Source: the human T2T-CHM13v2.0 reference genome, Homo sapiens. From it: a stretch of DNA of 64,000 bases. Below are positions 1 through 17,711 of the stretch, one piece after another (the stretch's first letter is position 1; each line of letters starts with the position of its first letter). The translations under genes and the position numbers were made by a program. The notes under the pieces were generated by a model that was not told the DNA's origin, made no database searches, and saw only the letters and a list, made by a program, of their open reading frames with translations. Where the stretch lies: NCBI RefSeq assembly GCF_009914755.1, contig NC_060928.1; one strand, 5' to 3'.

Positions 1-1436
1 GTCCTCAGTAAAATACTAGAAAATTTCATCCAGCAATGTATAAAAAGAATCATACACCACAGAAAATGGATTTATCCCAGGTACTCAAGGCTTGCTTAAC
101 ATTTGCAAACCAATCAGTGTATTCCATCACAATCAACAGGCCAAAGAAATAAAAATCACATGAACATATCAATAGATACAGAAAACACATTTGACAAGGT
201 CCAACACAAATTTATAATGAAAATCTCTCAGTAAACTAGAATAGATAAAGAATTTCTTCAACTTTATAAAGAATATCTACAAAAAAAAACTACAGCTAAC
301 AACACTTAATGGTGAGAAACCCAAAGCTTTTCCGAAAATATTGAAAATAAGGAAACAAGGCAAGGATGTATGCTCTTACTACTGCTTTTCAATATTTTAC
401 TAGAAGTCTTTGCTCATGTAATAAGGCAAAAAAAAAGAAAAAAAGAAAAAAAGAAAATGTGTACAGATTGGGAAAGAAGAAATAAAACTGCCTTTGCAGA
501 TAATATGATTGTCTATGTAGAAAATCCAAAAAAAATGGACAAAAAAAATTCCTGGAACTAATAAGCAATTACAACAATATTGCAGAATACATGGTTAATA
601 TGCAAAAGTCAATGAACAAGTGGAATATAAACTTTAAAACAATAACATTTACATTAGCATCCTCAAGAAAGAAATACTTAGGCGTAAGTCTAACAATTTA
701 TATACAAGATCAATATGAGGAAAACTACAAAACTTTGATAAATGAAGTTAAAGAATAAATAAATACATACATCAATAAATAATTAGGGAAATATTCCATT
801 TTCATAAATAGCCCCAATATTGTCAAGATGCCAGCTTATCTCAACTTGACCTATAGATTTAATATAATCCCAATCTAAATCCCAAGTAGTTTGGATATAT
901 CTATAAACTGATTCTAAAGGTTATATGGAGAGAGAAAAGAGCCAGAATAGTTAACAGATTATTGAAGGAGAAGAACAAGGTTGGACAGGCACTAGTCGAC
1001 TACAACCTACTATAAATCTGCAGTAATCAATACAGTGTGATATTGGTGAAGGAGTAGTCAACTAGATCAGTGGAACAGAACAGAGAGACCAGAAATAGGT
1101 TCACATAAATATAGTCAAGTAATCTTTGACAAAGGAAACAGGCAATACGATGAAGAAAATATAGTCTTTTCAATAAATGGTGCTGGAACAACTGATCATC
1201 CATGTGCAAACAAATAAATAAATAAATCATGACACAGGCCATACACACTTCACAAAAATTAACTCAGTGTGGATTATAGACATGAATGTAAACTGCAAAA
1301 TTATAAAACTCCTACATATAACATAGAAAACAATCTAGATGATCCTGGGTTTGGTAATGACTTTTTAGATGTAACACTAAGGGTGCAATACATGAAAAAA
1401 AGAATTGATGAAGTGTCCCTTTGAGAAAGATGTTGT
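1..1436 (+). mobile_element. Old LINE-1 (L1M, L1MC-like) ORF2 RT/C-terminal fragment, decayed
   Basis: ORF 370-561 gives LLLFNILLEVFA...AFADNMIVYVENPK (L1 RT FADD-like region). Downstream text follows the L1 ORF2 3' part with many stops. Confidence 0.85.
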
Positions 1437-4400
1437 TTTTTAGTGTGCTTCAGCCATTTGAAAATAGCAAGATAGTGCATACAGATCAACTCTGTGAGCT
1501 TTAGTTAAAGAAGAAAAATGAGAATCCACTGGAATAATGAAAGACACTTCAGATCCCAGGGAGAAGAACGTTGGCAAACAGCCCCCTTGATGTTGTCCAG
1601 CTGATAAAAATGAGTGAAACCCCAGTATATGAGAGAGGTAGAGAGCCTCCCCCTGGCTCACCTTTCCACTGGGGAGCTGAGCAACCCAGGCCAAGGGAGG
1701 CCACATTATTTCTCTGAAGCCCTGGAGCTAACTTGAGGAGAGGCTTAGAGATGCTGTGAGGGAAAGACACTGAGGAAAGCTTCAGACATTTTCCCAAACC
1801 CAGGACTGAGAACAAGATACCATTTTTAATCCAGGAGCATACATGGTCAGCTATTCTTAGGTGATCTGGCAGCATGGTCATGCAGGCATTTAAGTTTCCG
1901 GCCAGATACTGGAACATTTGCTCTGGAGTAGGGTAGGGACTTCCACAACCAGAACTGTGGAAAGTTTGTCAGCAGTAGGCACTGGAATTATGCTTTCTCT
2001 CGTCTCAACCTTGGGGTAGGAAAAGAGCTGCCACAGCTGCAATATCTCTTGGGCAGCAAGACTTACAGCCAGGGCCAGCTTGGTGACCAGAAACTGGTCT
2101 CTGTGTGTGTCATTTCTGGATGCCCCAGACTGCTCTCCTGAGATCATGGTGTAGTGAAGCCCTCACTGCTCCATGCCCAGGCAGATTGCCAGGCATTCGG
2201 AGCACCCACTCACCTGGTTCAGCAACCTGAGCCCCCCACCCATAGTGTGCACCTTTCCTCTGCTACATGCCCAAACACATCTCCAGGTATCTGGAGCATC
2301 CACTTTTCTGGATTAGGAGTTTAAGCTGACTCTCACCCCTGTGCAGAGAACTTGAGGCCAAGGAGTTTTATCAGCTCCACACCTAGGCACACCTCTGGGT
2401 ACTTGGTGGCCGCCCACTGGATTCTCCCTCAGTGTTGGTGCTTTTGTGTGCCGTTTGGGAATGTGCAGGTAGGGCCTGCCTGGTCTGGCACCACCCATCT
2501 GGCCACTAGCCCCCAGGGATGAGCAGGGAGCTCAAACCACTGTGCATTCCATGAATCAGTTCATTGTCTGAGGTGCCAGAGAGCTTCTGCAAGTAAAAAA
2601 GGATCAAGTATATGCCCAGCCTCATTGGCCACAGCCTGCTCTTACCTACGAGTACCATCTACTGGCTTGTAGGTTGAGCTACACGGTGCAACATAAAACC
2701 TAATTAAAGAACTGCACGGGGCTAGAGAAGCAAAAGCCAAAAGCATTCTTTAGCATCATACCTCTAGGAAGGCTGGGAAAAAGAAAGAGAATAAAATAAT
2801 AAATTATTGTTATATAGAAAAAAATAAAAAGTAAAAATTCTACCCACACAAAAATAATTACAAAAAATTGTAAGTGCCGGTGTCTTCAAATAAGAAGAAG
2901 GAGAACAAAAATTGTGACGCCATAAAAAATCTGAATGTAGTGATACCACCAAAGGATTGCATTAGCTCTTCAGCAATGCTCCCTAACTAAAATAGAAACT
3001 CAGAAATGACAGAAAAAGAATTCAAAGCATGGATTGCAAAGGATCTCAACAAGATCCAAGACAAGGTTGAAAATTAACACAAAGAAACTTCTAAAACAAT
3101 CCAGGAAATAAAAAAGATAAATATCTTTAAAAAAAAAACAGAGCTGCTGGAATTGAAAAAAAAATCACTTAAATTTCAAAATATAATTGAAAGCTTTATC
3201 AATAAGTTGGACCAAGCAGCAGAAAAAAGTTCAGAGCTTAAGACCAGTCTTTCTAACTAACCTAGTCAGACAAAAATAAAGAAAAAGTAATTTTTAATAA
3301 AGTCTTTGAGAAATATGGGATTATGTAATGCAACAAAACCTATGAATTATTGGCATGTCTGAGAGGGAAGGAGAAAAAGCAAATAACCTGGAAAACATAT
3401 TTGAGGGAATAATCCAAGAAAATACCTCTAATCTTGCTAGAGAGGTCGATATCCTGATATGAGAAATCCAAGGAACACCTGCAAGATACTACATGAAACA
3501 AACATCACCAAGGCATATAGTCACCAGACTATCCAAAGTCAATGCAAAAGAAAAAATCTTAAAGACAGTTACAGAAAAAACTCCGATCACATACAAAGAC
3601 AATGTCTTAAGGCTAAGAGGGGACTTCTTAGCGGAAACCTTACAAGTCAGGAGAGATTACAGGCCTATTTTCAGCATCCTTGAAGAAAATAAATTCCAAC
3701 CAAGAATTTCATATGCTGCCAAACCAAGCTTTACAAGCAAAGGAAGAATAAAATACTTTCCAGACAAGCAAGCACTAAGGGAATTTGTTACCACTGGACC
3801 AGCCTTACAAGAGATTCTTAAGGGAGTTCTAAACATGGGAACAAAATAATAATACTTGCTACCACAAAACACACAGCACATAGCTCACAGACCCTATAAG
3901 TCAACCACACAATATAAACTACAAAGCAACCAATTAACAACTTCACAATAAAATCAAAACTTCACATATCACTCTTAACCTCAAATATGGATGGCCTAAA
4001 TGCCCTACCTAAAAAGCACAGAGCAGCAAGTTGGATTTTAAATAAGACCCATAAGCCTTCTGTTTTCAACAGACCCACATCACATGTAATGACACCAATA
4101 GTTTCAAAGTAAAGGGCTGAAGAAAGACCAAATAAGCAAATGGAAAACAAACAAACAAAAAAGATCAGGGAGCGCTATTCTTATATCAGATAAAACAGAC
4201 TTTAAACCAACAACAGTAAAATAGGGAAAACAAGGGCATTACATCATGATAAAGGATTCAATTCAACAAGAGGAGTTTAACAATCCTGCCCCCAGTATTG
4301 CAGCACCCAGAATTATGAAACAGGTACTTCTAGACACATAAAAGGACTTAGAAAGCCACACAATTGTAGTAGGGGACCTCAACACCCCACTGTCAGCATT

Positions 4401-4550
4401 AGACATATCATCAAGGCAGAAAACTAACAAAGAAATTCTGAACTTAAACTAAACACTTGATCAATTGGACCTAATAAACATCTACAGAAGATTCTACTCA
4501 CCAATCACAGAATATATGATACATTCTTTTCACTTGCACATGAAACATAC
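1437..4550 (+). mobile_element. LINE-1 5' half (5'UTR, ORF1, ORF2 endonuclease start), L1PB/late-L1PA-like
   Basis: GC-richer 5'UTR at ~1440-2700. ORF 3493-3849 (PRHIVTRLSKV..KEKILK..FQPRISY..YFPDKQALREFVTT) is the L1 ORF1p C-terminus. Endonuclease motifs at ~3990-4550 (GDLNTPLS, DLINIYR) stop abruptly at [10 protein letters not shown]. Confidence 0.9.
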
Positions 4551-5280
4551 CCTTTTTTCACCACTGAGTATGATGTTAGCTATTGGCTTGTCATATAAGG
4601 CCTTTATTATGTTGAGATACATTCCATCTATACTTAATTTGTTAAGAGTTTTTATTATAAAAGGATGTTGAGTTTTGTCAAATGTCTTGTCTGCATCCAT
4701 TGAGATAATCATATGATTTTTATCCTCCATCTGTTTATATGTTGTATCTACCTTTTTGATTTGCATATTTTGAATCATACTTGCATCCCAGGGAAAAATT
4801 ACACTTGATCATGGTGTATGATCCTTTTAACACACTATTAAATTTGTTTTGCTAGTATTTTGTTAAGGATTTTTCACCCACATTTATCAGAGATATTGGC
4901 TTGTAATTTTTTTTTCTTGTAGTATCCTCTTCTGGCTTTGGTGTCAGACCAATGCTGATTGTAAAATGGGTTTGAAATTATTTTTTACTCTTCAATTTTT
5001 TAAAAAGAGTTTGAGAAGAATTGTTATTAATTTTACTTAAGTGTTTGATAGAGTTACCAGCAAAGCCATTGGATCCTGAGATTTTTGTGTCATTTTGGGG
5101 AGTTTTTCTATTACTGATTCAATCTCCTTACCTGTTATTGGGCTATTTAGGTTTTCTATTTCTATGTGTTTATCCTTTTCTTTACAGTCATCAATTTTTT
5201 GGTGTATAAATGCTCATAGAGGCCAGTTTTGATTCTTTGTATTTATCTGGAATCAATCGTAAAGTCTCCTCTTTCATTTT
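4551..5280 (-). mobile_element. LINE-1 ORF2 fragment (old L1M), minus strand
   Basis: ORF 4530-4778(-): [34 protein letters not shown], the L1 RT region. Confidence 0.88.
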
Positions 5281-6660
5281 GAATCAAAATTCACAAATAT
5301 GTAAAAATTAAACAATAAACTTTGGAACAACCACTAGGTCAAAGAAGAAGTAAAAGAAAATTAGGAAATATATTAAGACAAACCAAAATAAAAACCGCAT
5401 ACCCCAAACTTATGGGATGTGGCAAAAGGCATACAAAGCAGGGCATTCATAGCATTAAACATCTACATTAAAAAAAAAAAAAAGATCCCCAAAAAACTCT
5501 AAATTTCCACCTTAAGGAACTAGAAAGACAAGAATAATTTAATCCGAAATTTAGCCAAAGGAAGGAAATAACAAAGGCTAGATGAGCCAAATATATAGAA
5601 AAATTTTTTAAATAGAAAAAAAGTAATAAAATGAAGCATTGTTTTTGAAAAGATAAAGAATATTTAAAAACTCTTAGTTAAACTAAGAAAAAAGTGAGAG
5701 AGATCTAAAATAAATAAAGCCAGAAATAGAGAAGAAGGCAATATATCAGCTGTTGATGATAAAAAAATTATAAGGGACTATTATGAATAATTGTACACAA
5801 ATAAATTAGATATCAGAATAAATGGATAACTTGAAAGACACAACGTGCTAAGACTGAATCACGAAAAATTGGAAACTCTGAATATATCAATAACAAATAA
5901 GGAGACTTAATGAATAATAAAAAATCTTACATCAAAGAAAGGCCTAGGACCAATTAGCTTCACTGGTGAATTCTACCAAACACTTAATAATGAACACCAG
6001 TACTTCTCAAATGAAATACTTCCAAACTGACTTTATGAGGCCAGCATCACCCCAATACCAAAGCTACACAAAGCTACCACAAGGAAAGAGAACTATAGGC
6101 CAATATCTTTGATGAACTTAGGTGCCAAATCCTCAATAAAATACTAGCAATTTGAATTCATCAGTATATTAAAAGGATCATACACCCTGACAAAGTGTGA
6201 ATTCTCCCTGAGATTCAGGGATGGTTCAACAGATGCAAATCAATCAACATTTACACCACATTAACAGAATAAAAGATAAAATTTGCATGATCATCTTCAA
6301 AGATACAGAAAATGACATCTGACAAAATTCAAGAGTATTTCCTGATAAAAAGTCTCAACATAATAAAAGTCATGTATGATAAGCTCACAGTTAACATTCT
6401 TGGTGATAGCAAATTGAAACTTTTTTCTCTAAGATCAGGAACAAGGCAAGGAGGTCCACCGTCATCACTACTATTCAACATAGTACTGGAAGTCCTAGCC
6501 AGAGCAATAAGATAAAAAGAAATGAAGGCCATTCAAACTGGAAAGCAAAAAGTCAAATTAACGCTTTTTCTTCAGAAGACATAACTATATGATCTACAGA
6601 TATATGTGAAAAATCCTAACAATCCCACGAAAGTGTTAAAACTAAGAAGTGAATTTCTCA
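5281..6660 (+). mobile_element. LINE-1 ORF2 fragment (old L1M)
   Basis: ORF 6312-6515: [35 protein letters not shown]-like motif near 6090. Confidence 0.88.
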
Positions 6661-8203
6661 CCGACTCAAGGGGACTAAGCACAATTTCTGAACAAATATA
6701 AGTTATTTAAAAGCAACGCTGAATATGTAGAAAGAGATGGAAATTATATCAAACAACCAAATGGAAATTTCTGAAGTGAAAAGTATAATTATCAAAATGA
6801 AACATTTCACAGAGAGGATAATAAAAAGATTTGAACTGGCAGAAGAAAGAATAAGCAAATTTAAGGCAGATTATTAAGAAAGATAGAATCTGAAGAAGAG
6901 AAAGAAAGAAAAGAAAAATTAAAGGTGCCTCTGGGAAATACGTGACCCACTCTGAACCAGTTGTTAAATCTTTCCTTCCTTTTAAAGCAATTGACAACAA
7001 ACAGCTCGGACTATTCCTGCTATTCAAGTGTCATTTATTTTCTCCAGGACTCCCATATTAGGGATGTTAGACTTCTTATACTGTTCAGACACCTCATCCC
7101 TAAGTTTTAAGTTTGTCTTCTGTGTGCTTCAGTGTAGGAATCTTGCCCTTGACCTATTTTCCAGTTAAGCAATTCTGTAATCTGAACTGTCCAATCTACT
7201 GTTAAATGCATCTACTGAATTCTTAAATCATATTTAGTTCTGAAATATCCGTTTGAAAATTTCCAGCTTACGCAGGATATTTTACATTGTTTGATATACT
7301 GTGTGCATTTTTCCTTCTAATTTAAAGCATGGTAATTATAGTCATTTTAAAAATATTCTCCCCTATGTATGTGCTCCCCTGTCTGGATCATCTTGACACT
7401 ACTTAGAGTGTCTCCTTCTGCTTCTTTCTTTTCCTTTTTTCATTCTCTGATAAGAGGTCATACTTGTTTTACTCATAACCTACATAGAAATGAGTTACTT
7501 TGTCAGGTAACTGATTACAAAGCAAGCACAGATGCTCTGGGTACCTCCATTGAAGATGTTCCCCTCTTTTTTCTGTTAGACTGGGGAGCCAATTAATTCC
7601 CTGAGTCAGTCATGAATTGAGCTAGGTCTGAAGTAAGTGAGTTTTCCATGTATCTTGGACTAATTCTCTCTCTCTCATGTTGCTGAGGTCTGGGCCTGCT
7701 AGACTTTCACTTGGGTATCTGTGTGGCTCTATTTCCTCAGCTCTGAAACAATATAAGGATTCATCTCTATTACACAAAGGTTCACAGCCCAGCTCTCCAG
7801 TCTCTTGCTACAAGCAAGCCCCAAATTAGGTAAGTGTCTTAACAGACAGACAATCCCTGTTTAACTATGCTTCGTGTCCAAAATATCACATCAGTTTAGG
7901 AAACTGTATCCTTTGATAACATTGAGGCTAGCTTATCAACATCCCACAAAGCCTTAACATTCATCATATGTGACCTGGGGAGAAATGATTCAGAATTGAA
8001 GGCTCCAGAACATCTGATCTGTGAATCTAGTCCTGAGTAGCAATGAAGAGGGTTGGTGGTTTCCCTTTCTCTCAGCACACGGTCTCTAACTAGGACAAAC
8101 GTAATCCTCAATTCACATCCAGCATCTGTAAGTGCTCCCAAAAAAATGAATGACTGCAATATTCAACTCATTTCAGAACTGTTTTCCATGCCTAAAGTTT
8201 TAG

Positions 8204-8620
<417 letters not shown>

Positions 8621-9718
8621 TTATTCTATCCTACATAGAATTCGTTCTTCTTTATCCTATTTTATTACCAAAATTACAGAGGGGTTGATTGGCAAGTGCT
8701 ATTCTCTTTATCAGATTTTGAAAACAGTGTTTCTAAGTTTCAGTCTTTTCCCCAAGATGGGAAAGGGCAATGAGGAGAAAATTCCAACGCTTCCGATGTC
8801 TGCTTCCTTCCCGTGTTTTCCACCGTAGCAAGGTAAGGACTGCGTCACTTAGACTTCAATCACAAAATGAGAAACCACACCCTGGGCTAACCATGAGTCA
8901 CTAACAGGAAGATGTAGCGATCACTACTAGGACTGGAGATCAAAGGGAAAGGAGTGGGGTTAATGGAACCCACAAGCTTGGAATAGATCCCCTGGTTCCA
9001 GGACTTCAACCTCTTAGGAGAGGGTAGAGCCAACCTACCGCTGAAACCTCTGGAATTCGTAGAGGATCCAAAGACCCTCTGAGGCGACTAAGACCTCTGA
9101 AGGTAAGATGGATGTTTGATGGCTGTGCTGGTATCCCTGGGGCTGACAATGCTATTGGACCTGGGAGTTATGGAATATATGTAGGCAAAACGTGCAGGCA
9201 CAAAGCTACTGCTGCTGCCAAGGCGGAAGCTGTGTGTTACTCAGGTAACATTGACATAAACAGCTATCAGACACTTCTGTCAGGTTTCCGGTCTCTCTAG
9301 TTCCCCCAACGGCAAATACTAACAGAGAGGATGGGCAAAGAGGAAATGGAGTGTGTAGGTTCCCGTTCTCCCTGTGACAAAGCGCAAGGATAAAGAGTAA
9401 AAAGGGGAAGGAGGCTTGGAATTGAAAGACAGCGAATTAAAACACACAGAACCCATTCGTGAGCTGTGTCTTTGCTCAAGAAACCCAAGTCTAATTTTAT
9501 AACAAATAAAACACTAAAATTGCTTTAAAATAATGAAAAAGCAGGAATAAGCTGGCATTACCTTATTCAATAGCCAACATTTATGATTCTAAACTATAAA
9601 AGACCTTGGGGATTTCTGTCAGTGGTCTCAGGCATATGCAATAAAATTTCTCCTGACAGCACACACAAAATTAATACGTGAGAAATTTCATGAATGATTA
9701 AGCTTCTTTTCTGAAGTT

Positions 9719-11985
<2,267 letters not shown>

Positions 11986-12132
11986 GGAGCCACTGTGATG
12001 GAGCTATGGGTGAGAGCAAAGGAGGGGAGGCAGGAGGCACAGCTGGTCTGTCTCCTCCTCTGAGTTGCTTTTGTTTGATGTTGAGCTTAATGGTCTTTCT
12101 GCTGGAAGAGTCAGTCTATCAGAGCAGCACAG

Positions 12133-12200
12133 CTAAAAGATAAAGTGAAAAGAATGGCAGAGATGGGGTGGTGTGAGCAGAACAGAGTGGAAAAGAGAGA
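12133..12200 (-). promoter_or_regulatory. Splice acceptor (polypyrimidine tract + AG) of the ADAM coding exon, 5'UTR intron
   Basis: Minus strand reads ...ccattcttttcactttatcttttag|CTGTGCTGCTC, about 147 nt upstream of the ATG. This matches the ADAM20-type layout of a non-coding exon followed by a single coding exon. Confidence 0.7.
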
Positions 12201-13896
12201 GCTGGGTGTGGGTAAAATGGAGTCATATTTGGCTCAGGACGTAACTCATTATACTGCATTGGATTTGCTTCTGCATATTGGCAAGGCAGAGTGAGACTGT
12301 GGGTGTAAAAAAGAATGACAGTTGGCTGCAGGTTGATAATTACTGAACCTAGATGAAGGACACATGGGTTCATTACACTGTTGTCTAAATACACGTATGT
12401 GTGTGAACATTTCTGCAACAAATACCTAAAACAGAAGAGTCTTAATGGAAAGGGGAACGTATATCTCATTTTGATGAGAGAACCTTGATTTATGCATATA
12501 GACTTGGAATAAGTGTAGATATTTCTTATCAATTTCAAATGATAAATTATTCAGTCACCTTACTCAGAAGAGAGACATAAAAATATTCACACATCTTACT
12601 TTCTTATCATGGTCCTCAATATATACTTCTCTGCAAAATATTACTTGTCCTACCTTCATCTAATACTGTCAAACTGCGTAGTGTCAAAATATCAATTATC
12701 CTTCAAAAACGTTAGCATCTATTTTAATGGATCCCAAATTCAATATAATAATAAACCATTGTGGAATTAAAAGAGGATATACCTTGGGTTGACAGACGTT
12801 CCCGAAAGATGATCATATTTGCTTATACTCTTATGAAAAGTAACATTTGTCAAAGCCTCTAACAAAATAAAATGGAAAGGAAATCAAACTAGCTGGAAAA
12901 GCAACAGTTGGAAGTGGGAAGACATGGAAGGGAAAGCAAAGTACCTTCAGAAATAAATAGAAAATCAATGAGCTCCAAAACCAGGAAGGAAAGCTTTGGA
13001 GGAAGGTAGGATTTTTGTCCTTGAGCAAAGATATCAAAATCCATGGCATTTTTAGGGTTATAAGGTGACCACTCCTGAGATCCACCCTTGAAGGTATTTA
13101 TGGGATAAATAAAAATACCTATTCCATCAAAAAAATAAAATACAAAAAAGGTCTCAATAATACAAATGTATCATCAGATATTTATGAAAATGAGAGATCT
13201 GGTACTAGCACGGTGCCTGGCTGCCAATACTGATTTATTGCTGTTCTTGAATAAAATATTAATAAAACCACCTGATATACAGACATTATGCTGCAAATTT
13301 TAGAATATAAATGAATGATACTGGCCTAAATAATTTAGTAGTCTGGAGCAAACATTTAGGGAGAATGTTTGGGGCAAAAACACACTTTAGGAATCTGCAT
13401 AATTACATTCAATATTTTACATGTAAAATGCCTAATGTTGTTTAGCTAGTGAGAGTAACCACAGTCTTTATCAGACAAGTAAAGTAATGAGATTAAGAAT
13501 TATTAGTCAAGTTGAGAAAAAAAAAGACCTGAGGAAATTGAAATCTGCTTTGAGTGACCTAAAACAGAGTGATCAAATTCCACTTTTCATAGTAGGTATT
13601 ATAAAAACAAAAGACGCCAGATTCAGCACCTAACATCACTTGGACTTGGACCCATTTTTCTTTAAAATTTCCTTAATTTTTCTTTTATCTTGATTCTAAG
13701 TGTTTGATCTCTCTGCAATCATTTTCTTGTCACTCATGGAATCTTCCTTTCATGAAAAGCAACAAGAATCTTTTCTCTATTCACAAGGTTTTATGGTGAG
13801 CTTCTTATTCATACTAGGTTTTACAAAAATGTATATCTCAACAATGTGAATCCCAGCAGAAAGGAGGCTTTGTCATATGCCCTGCAGAACATATGT

Positions 13897-14013
13897 AGAG
13901 ATATGGTTTTGCCATGTTGGCCAGGCTGGTCTCAAACTCCTGAGCTGAAGTGTTCCGCCCACCCCAGCCTCCCAGAGTACTGGGATTACAGGAATGAGCC
14001 ACTGAGCCTGGCC
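13897..14013 (-). mobile_element. Alu left monomer/FLAM fragment
   Basis: gccatgttggccaggctggtctcaaactcctg...gggattacagg..gagccactgagcctggcc. Confidence 0.85.
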
Positions 14014-14165
14014 CAATAATAGTTTTGAGTAAAAATATTCCATTAATGTTTAAGCTATAGTTATCTAGAAAATATTAAGTTTTATATTGCTTATAATTAG
14101 TAAGTTTCCCATTAATCCTTTTGCTTCTTACTTTAGCATCTAGAAACCAAGGCTACTAATACTAT

Positions 14166-15373
14166 GAGGAACTTGTTGGGAATTGGAGAAAAGGTGACTT
14201 TCATTATGCTTTAGCAAAGAGACTGGCAGCATTTTGCCTTTTCTCTTCAGATCTATGGAACATTGAACTTGAGAGAAATGATTTAGAGTATCTGGTGGAA
14301 GAAATTTCTAAGCAGCAAAGCATTCAAGATATGATGTGAGTGCTGTTAAAGACATTCGGTTTTATGTATTCACAAAGATATGGTTTGGAATTGGAACTTA
14401 TGTTTAAAAGAGAAGCAGAGCATGAAAGTTTGAAAAATTTGCAGTCTGACAATGCAATAGAAAAGAAAAACTCATTTTCTGAGGAGAAATTCAAGCTGGC
14501 TGTAGAAATTTGCATAAGTAATGAGGACCCAAATGTTAATTGCCAAGACAATGGGGAAAATGTCTCCAGGACATGTCAGAGGTCTTCATGGCAGCCCCTC
14601 CCATCACAGGCCTAGAGGCCTAGGAGGGAAAAATGGTTTCATGGGCCGAGCCCAGGGCCTTGCTGCTTTGTGCAGTCTCGGGACATGGCACCCTGTATCC
14701 CAGCCATGGCTAAAAGGGCCCAATGTACAGCTCAAGCCATTGCTTCAGAGGGTTCAAGCTCCAAGCCTTGGCAGCTTATATGTGTGTTGGGCATGCAGGT
14801 GTACAGAAGTCAAGAATTAAGGTTTGGAAACCTCTGCCTAGATTTCAGAGGATGCATGGAAATGCCTGGATGTCCAAGCAGAGTTGTGCTTCAGGGGAGG
14901 AGCCCTCATGAAGAACCTCTGATAGGGAAATGCAGAAGGGAAATGTGGGGTCAGAGCCCCCACACAGAGTCCCCAGGAGGGCACTGCCTAGTAGAGCTGT
15001 GAAAAGAGGGCCACCATCCTCCAGACCACAGAATGATAGATCCACTGACAGCTTGCACCATGTGCCTGGAAAAGCTGCAGACACTCAATACCAGCCTGTG
15101 AAAGCAGCTGGGTGGGGGTGGGGATGGGGGTGCTGTACCCTACAAACCCACAGGGGCAGAGCTTCCCAAGACCATAGGAACTGACCTCTAGCATCAATGT
15201 GACCTGGATGTGAGACATAAAGTAAAAGGAGATCATTTTATGTCTTGACTGTCCTGACAGATTTCGGACTTGCATGGGGCCTACAGCCCCCTTCATTTTG
15301 GCCAGTTTCTCCCATTTGGAATGAGTGTATTTACCCTGTGCCTGTACCCCCATTGTATCTAGGAAGTAACTAG
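14166..15373 (+). mobile_element. MaLR internal sequence (THE1/MST-int-like), no flanking LTR seen
   Basis: Characteristic text: gaggaacttgttgggaa...ttagcaaagagactggcagcatttt...cagagcccccacacagagtcccc...gtacccccattgtatctaggaagtaac. Confidence 0.85.
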
Positions 15374-15659
15374 CTCTTTCTTACTAGACATAAAATTAAC
15401 TGAGACAGTTTTAATTTCATTTTGATTTTTTTCTTTAGCAAAGGGAAGGTTCAAGGCCCCCCCAAATCAGTATCAAGCAGAAGCATTTTTTCAACAAAAC
15501 GCTTTTCATAATCAGATACAATCCACATTGATTCCCTCAGAGATATACTACAGAGGTTCTCTTTCTTGAAATGTTTATATGTTAAAGTAGAACTGGAGAC
15601 TCCCTTGTCTCTGGATGGGTAAACAAAAAGAAGATGACCACGGGCAAAGTTACTGAGCA

Positions 15660-16190
15660 CAGGTTACTTACTGTTATGTAACAAATTAATCTAGTGGCTT
15701 AAAAATTCATTTTATAATTTATTATTATTTATTATATTATTTATGTGTAGGGCAGGAATTCAGGCAGGGTATGGCTGGACAATTTTCGCTCCACGTGATG
15801 TCAATCAGTGTTCATCTGGTGGCAGACAGCTGGTGGTTTGACTGGTCTTGAGGGTCTGAGGTACATTTACTCATTGTCTATTCCTTGACAGAGATGGCCC
15901 AGAAGGCTGAGCTTGGTACAGTCTGTTCCTTAGAGAGCCTACATAATACCTCTGCTGCATGAATTTCTTCTTACACTACAGTGCTCCAAGAACAATCATT
16001 CCAGGAGGTACAGGCAGAAACTAACAAGGCTTCTTAGGATTTAGCTTCAGAAGTCTCAGTACATAACTTGCCACATTACATTAGTCAAGCAAAAAGTAAG
16101 GCTAGGTGAGATTCAAGTGAATTTGGAAGGTTTTAAAAGGAGGAAGAGATTCCATTTCACATTTAAAAAAATGGCATGTGTCTTCAGCAA
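15660..16190. mobile_element. Old MaLR LTR remnant (MLT1-like)
   Basis: tgtaacaaatta..agtggcttaaaa..caggaattcaggcaggg..ggctgg pattern, highly decayed. Confidence 0.5.
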
Positions 16191-16279
16191 AGGAATATAT
16201 AGCTGAAACACATCACAGGCACAAGGTACTTCAGTTTATACTCTAGCTCCACAATTTAATTTGGGTGATTATTTTTAAT

Positions 16280-17711
<1,432 letters not shown>

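Noticed and set aside
9490-9510. Poly(A) signal of the ADAM gene
   Set aside because: Only a non-canonical TATAAA on the minus strand in AT-rich DNA, too weak to call.
14324-15353. Cluster of overlapping ORFs
   Set aside because: They lie in decayed MaLR internal sequence.
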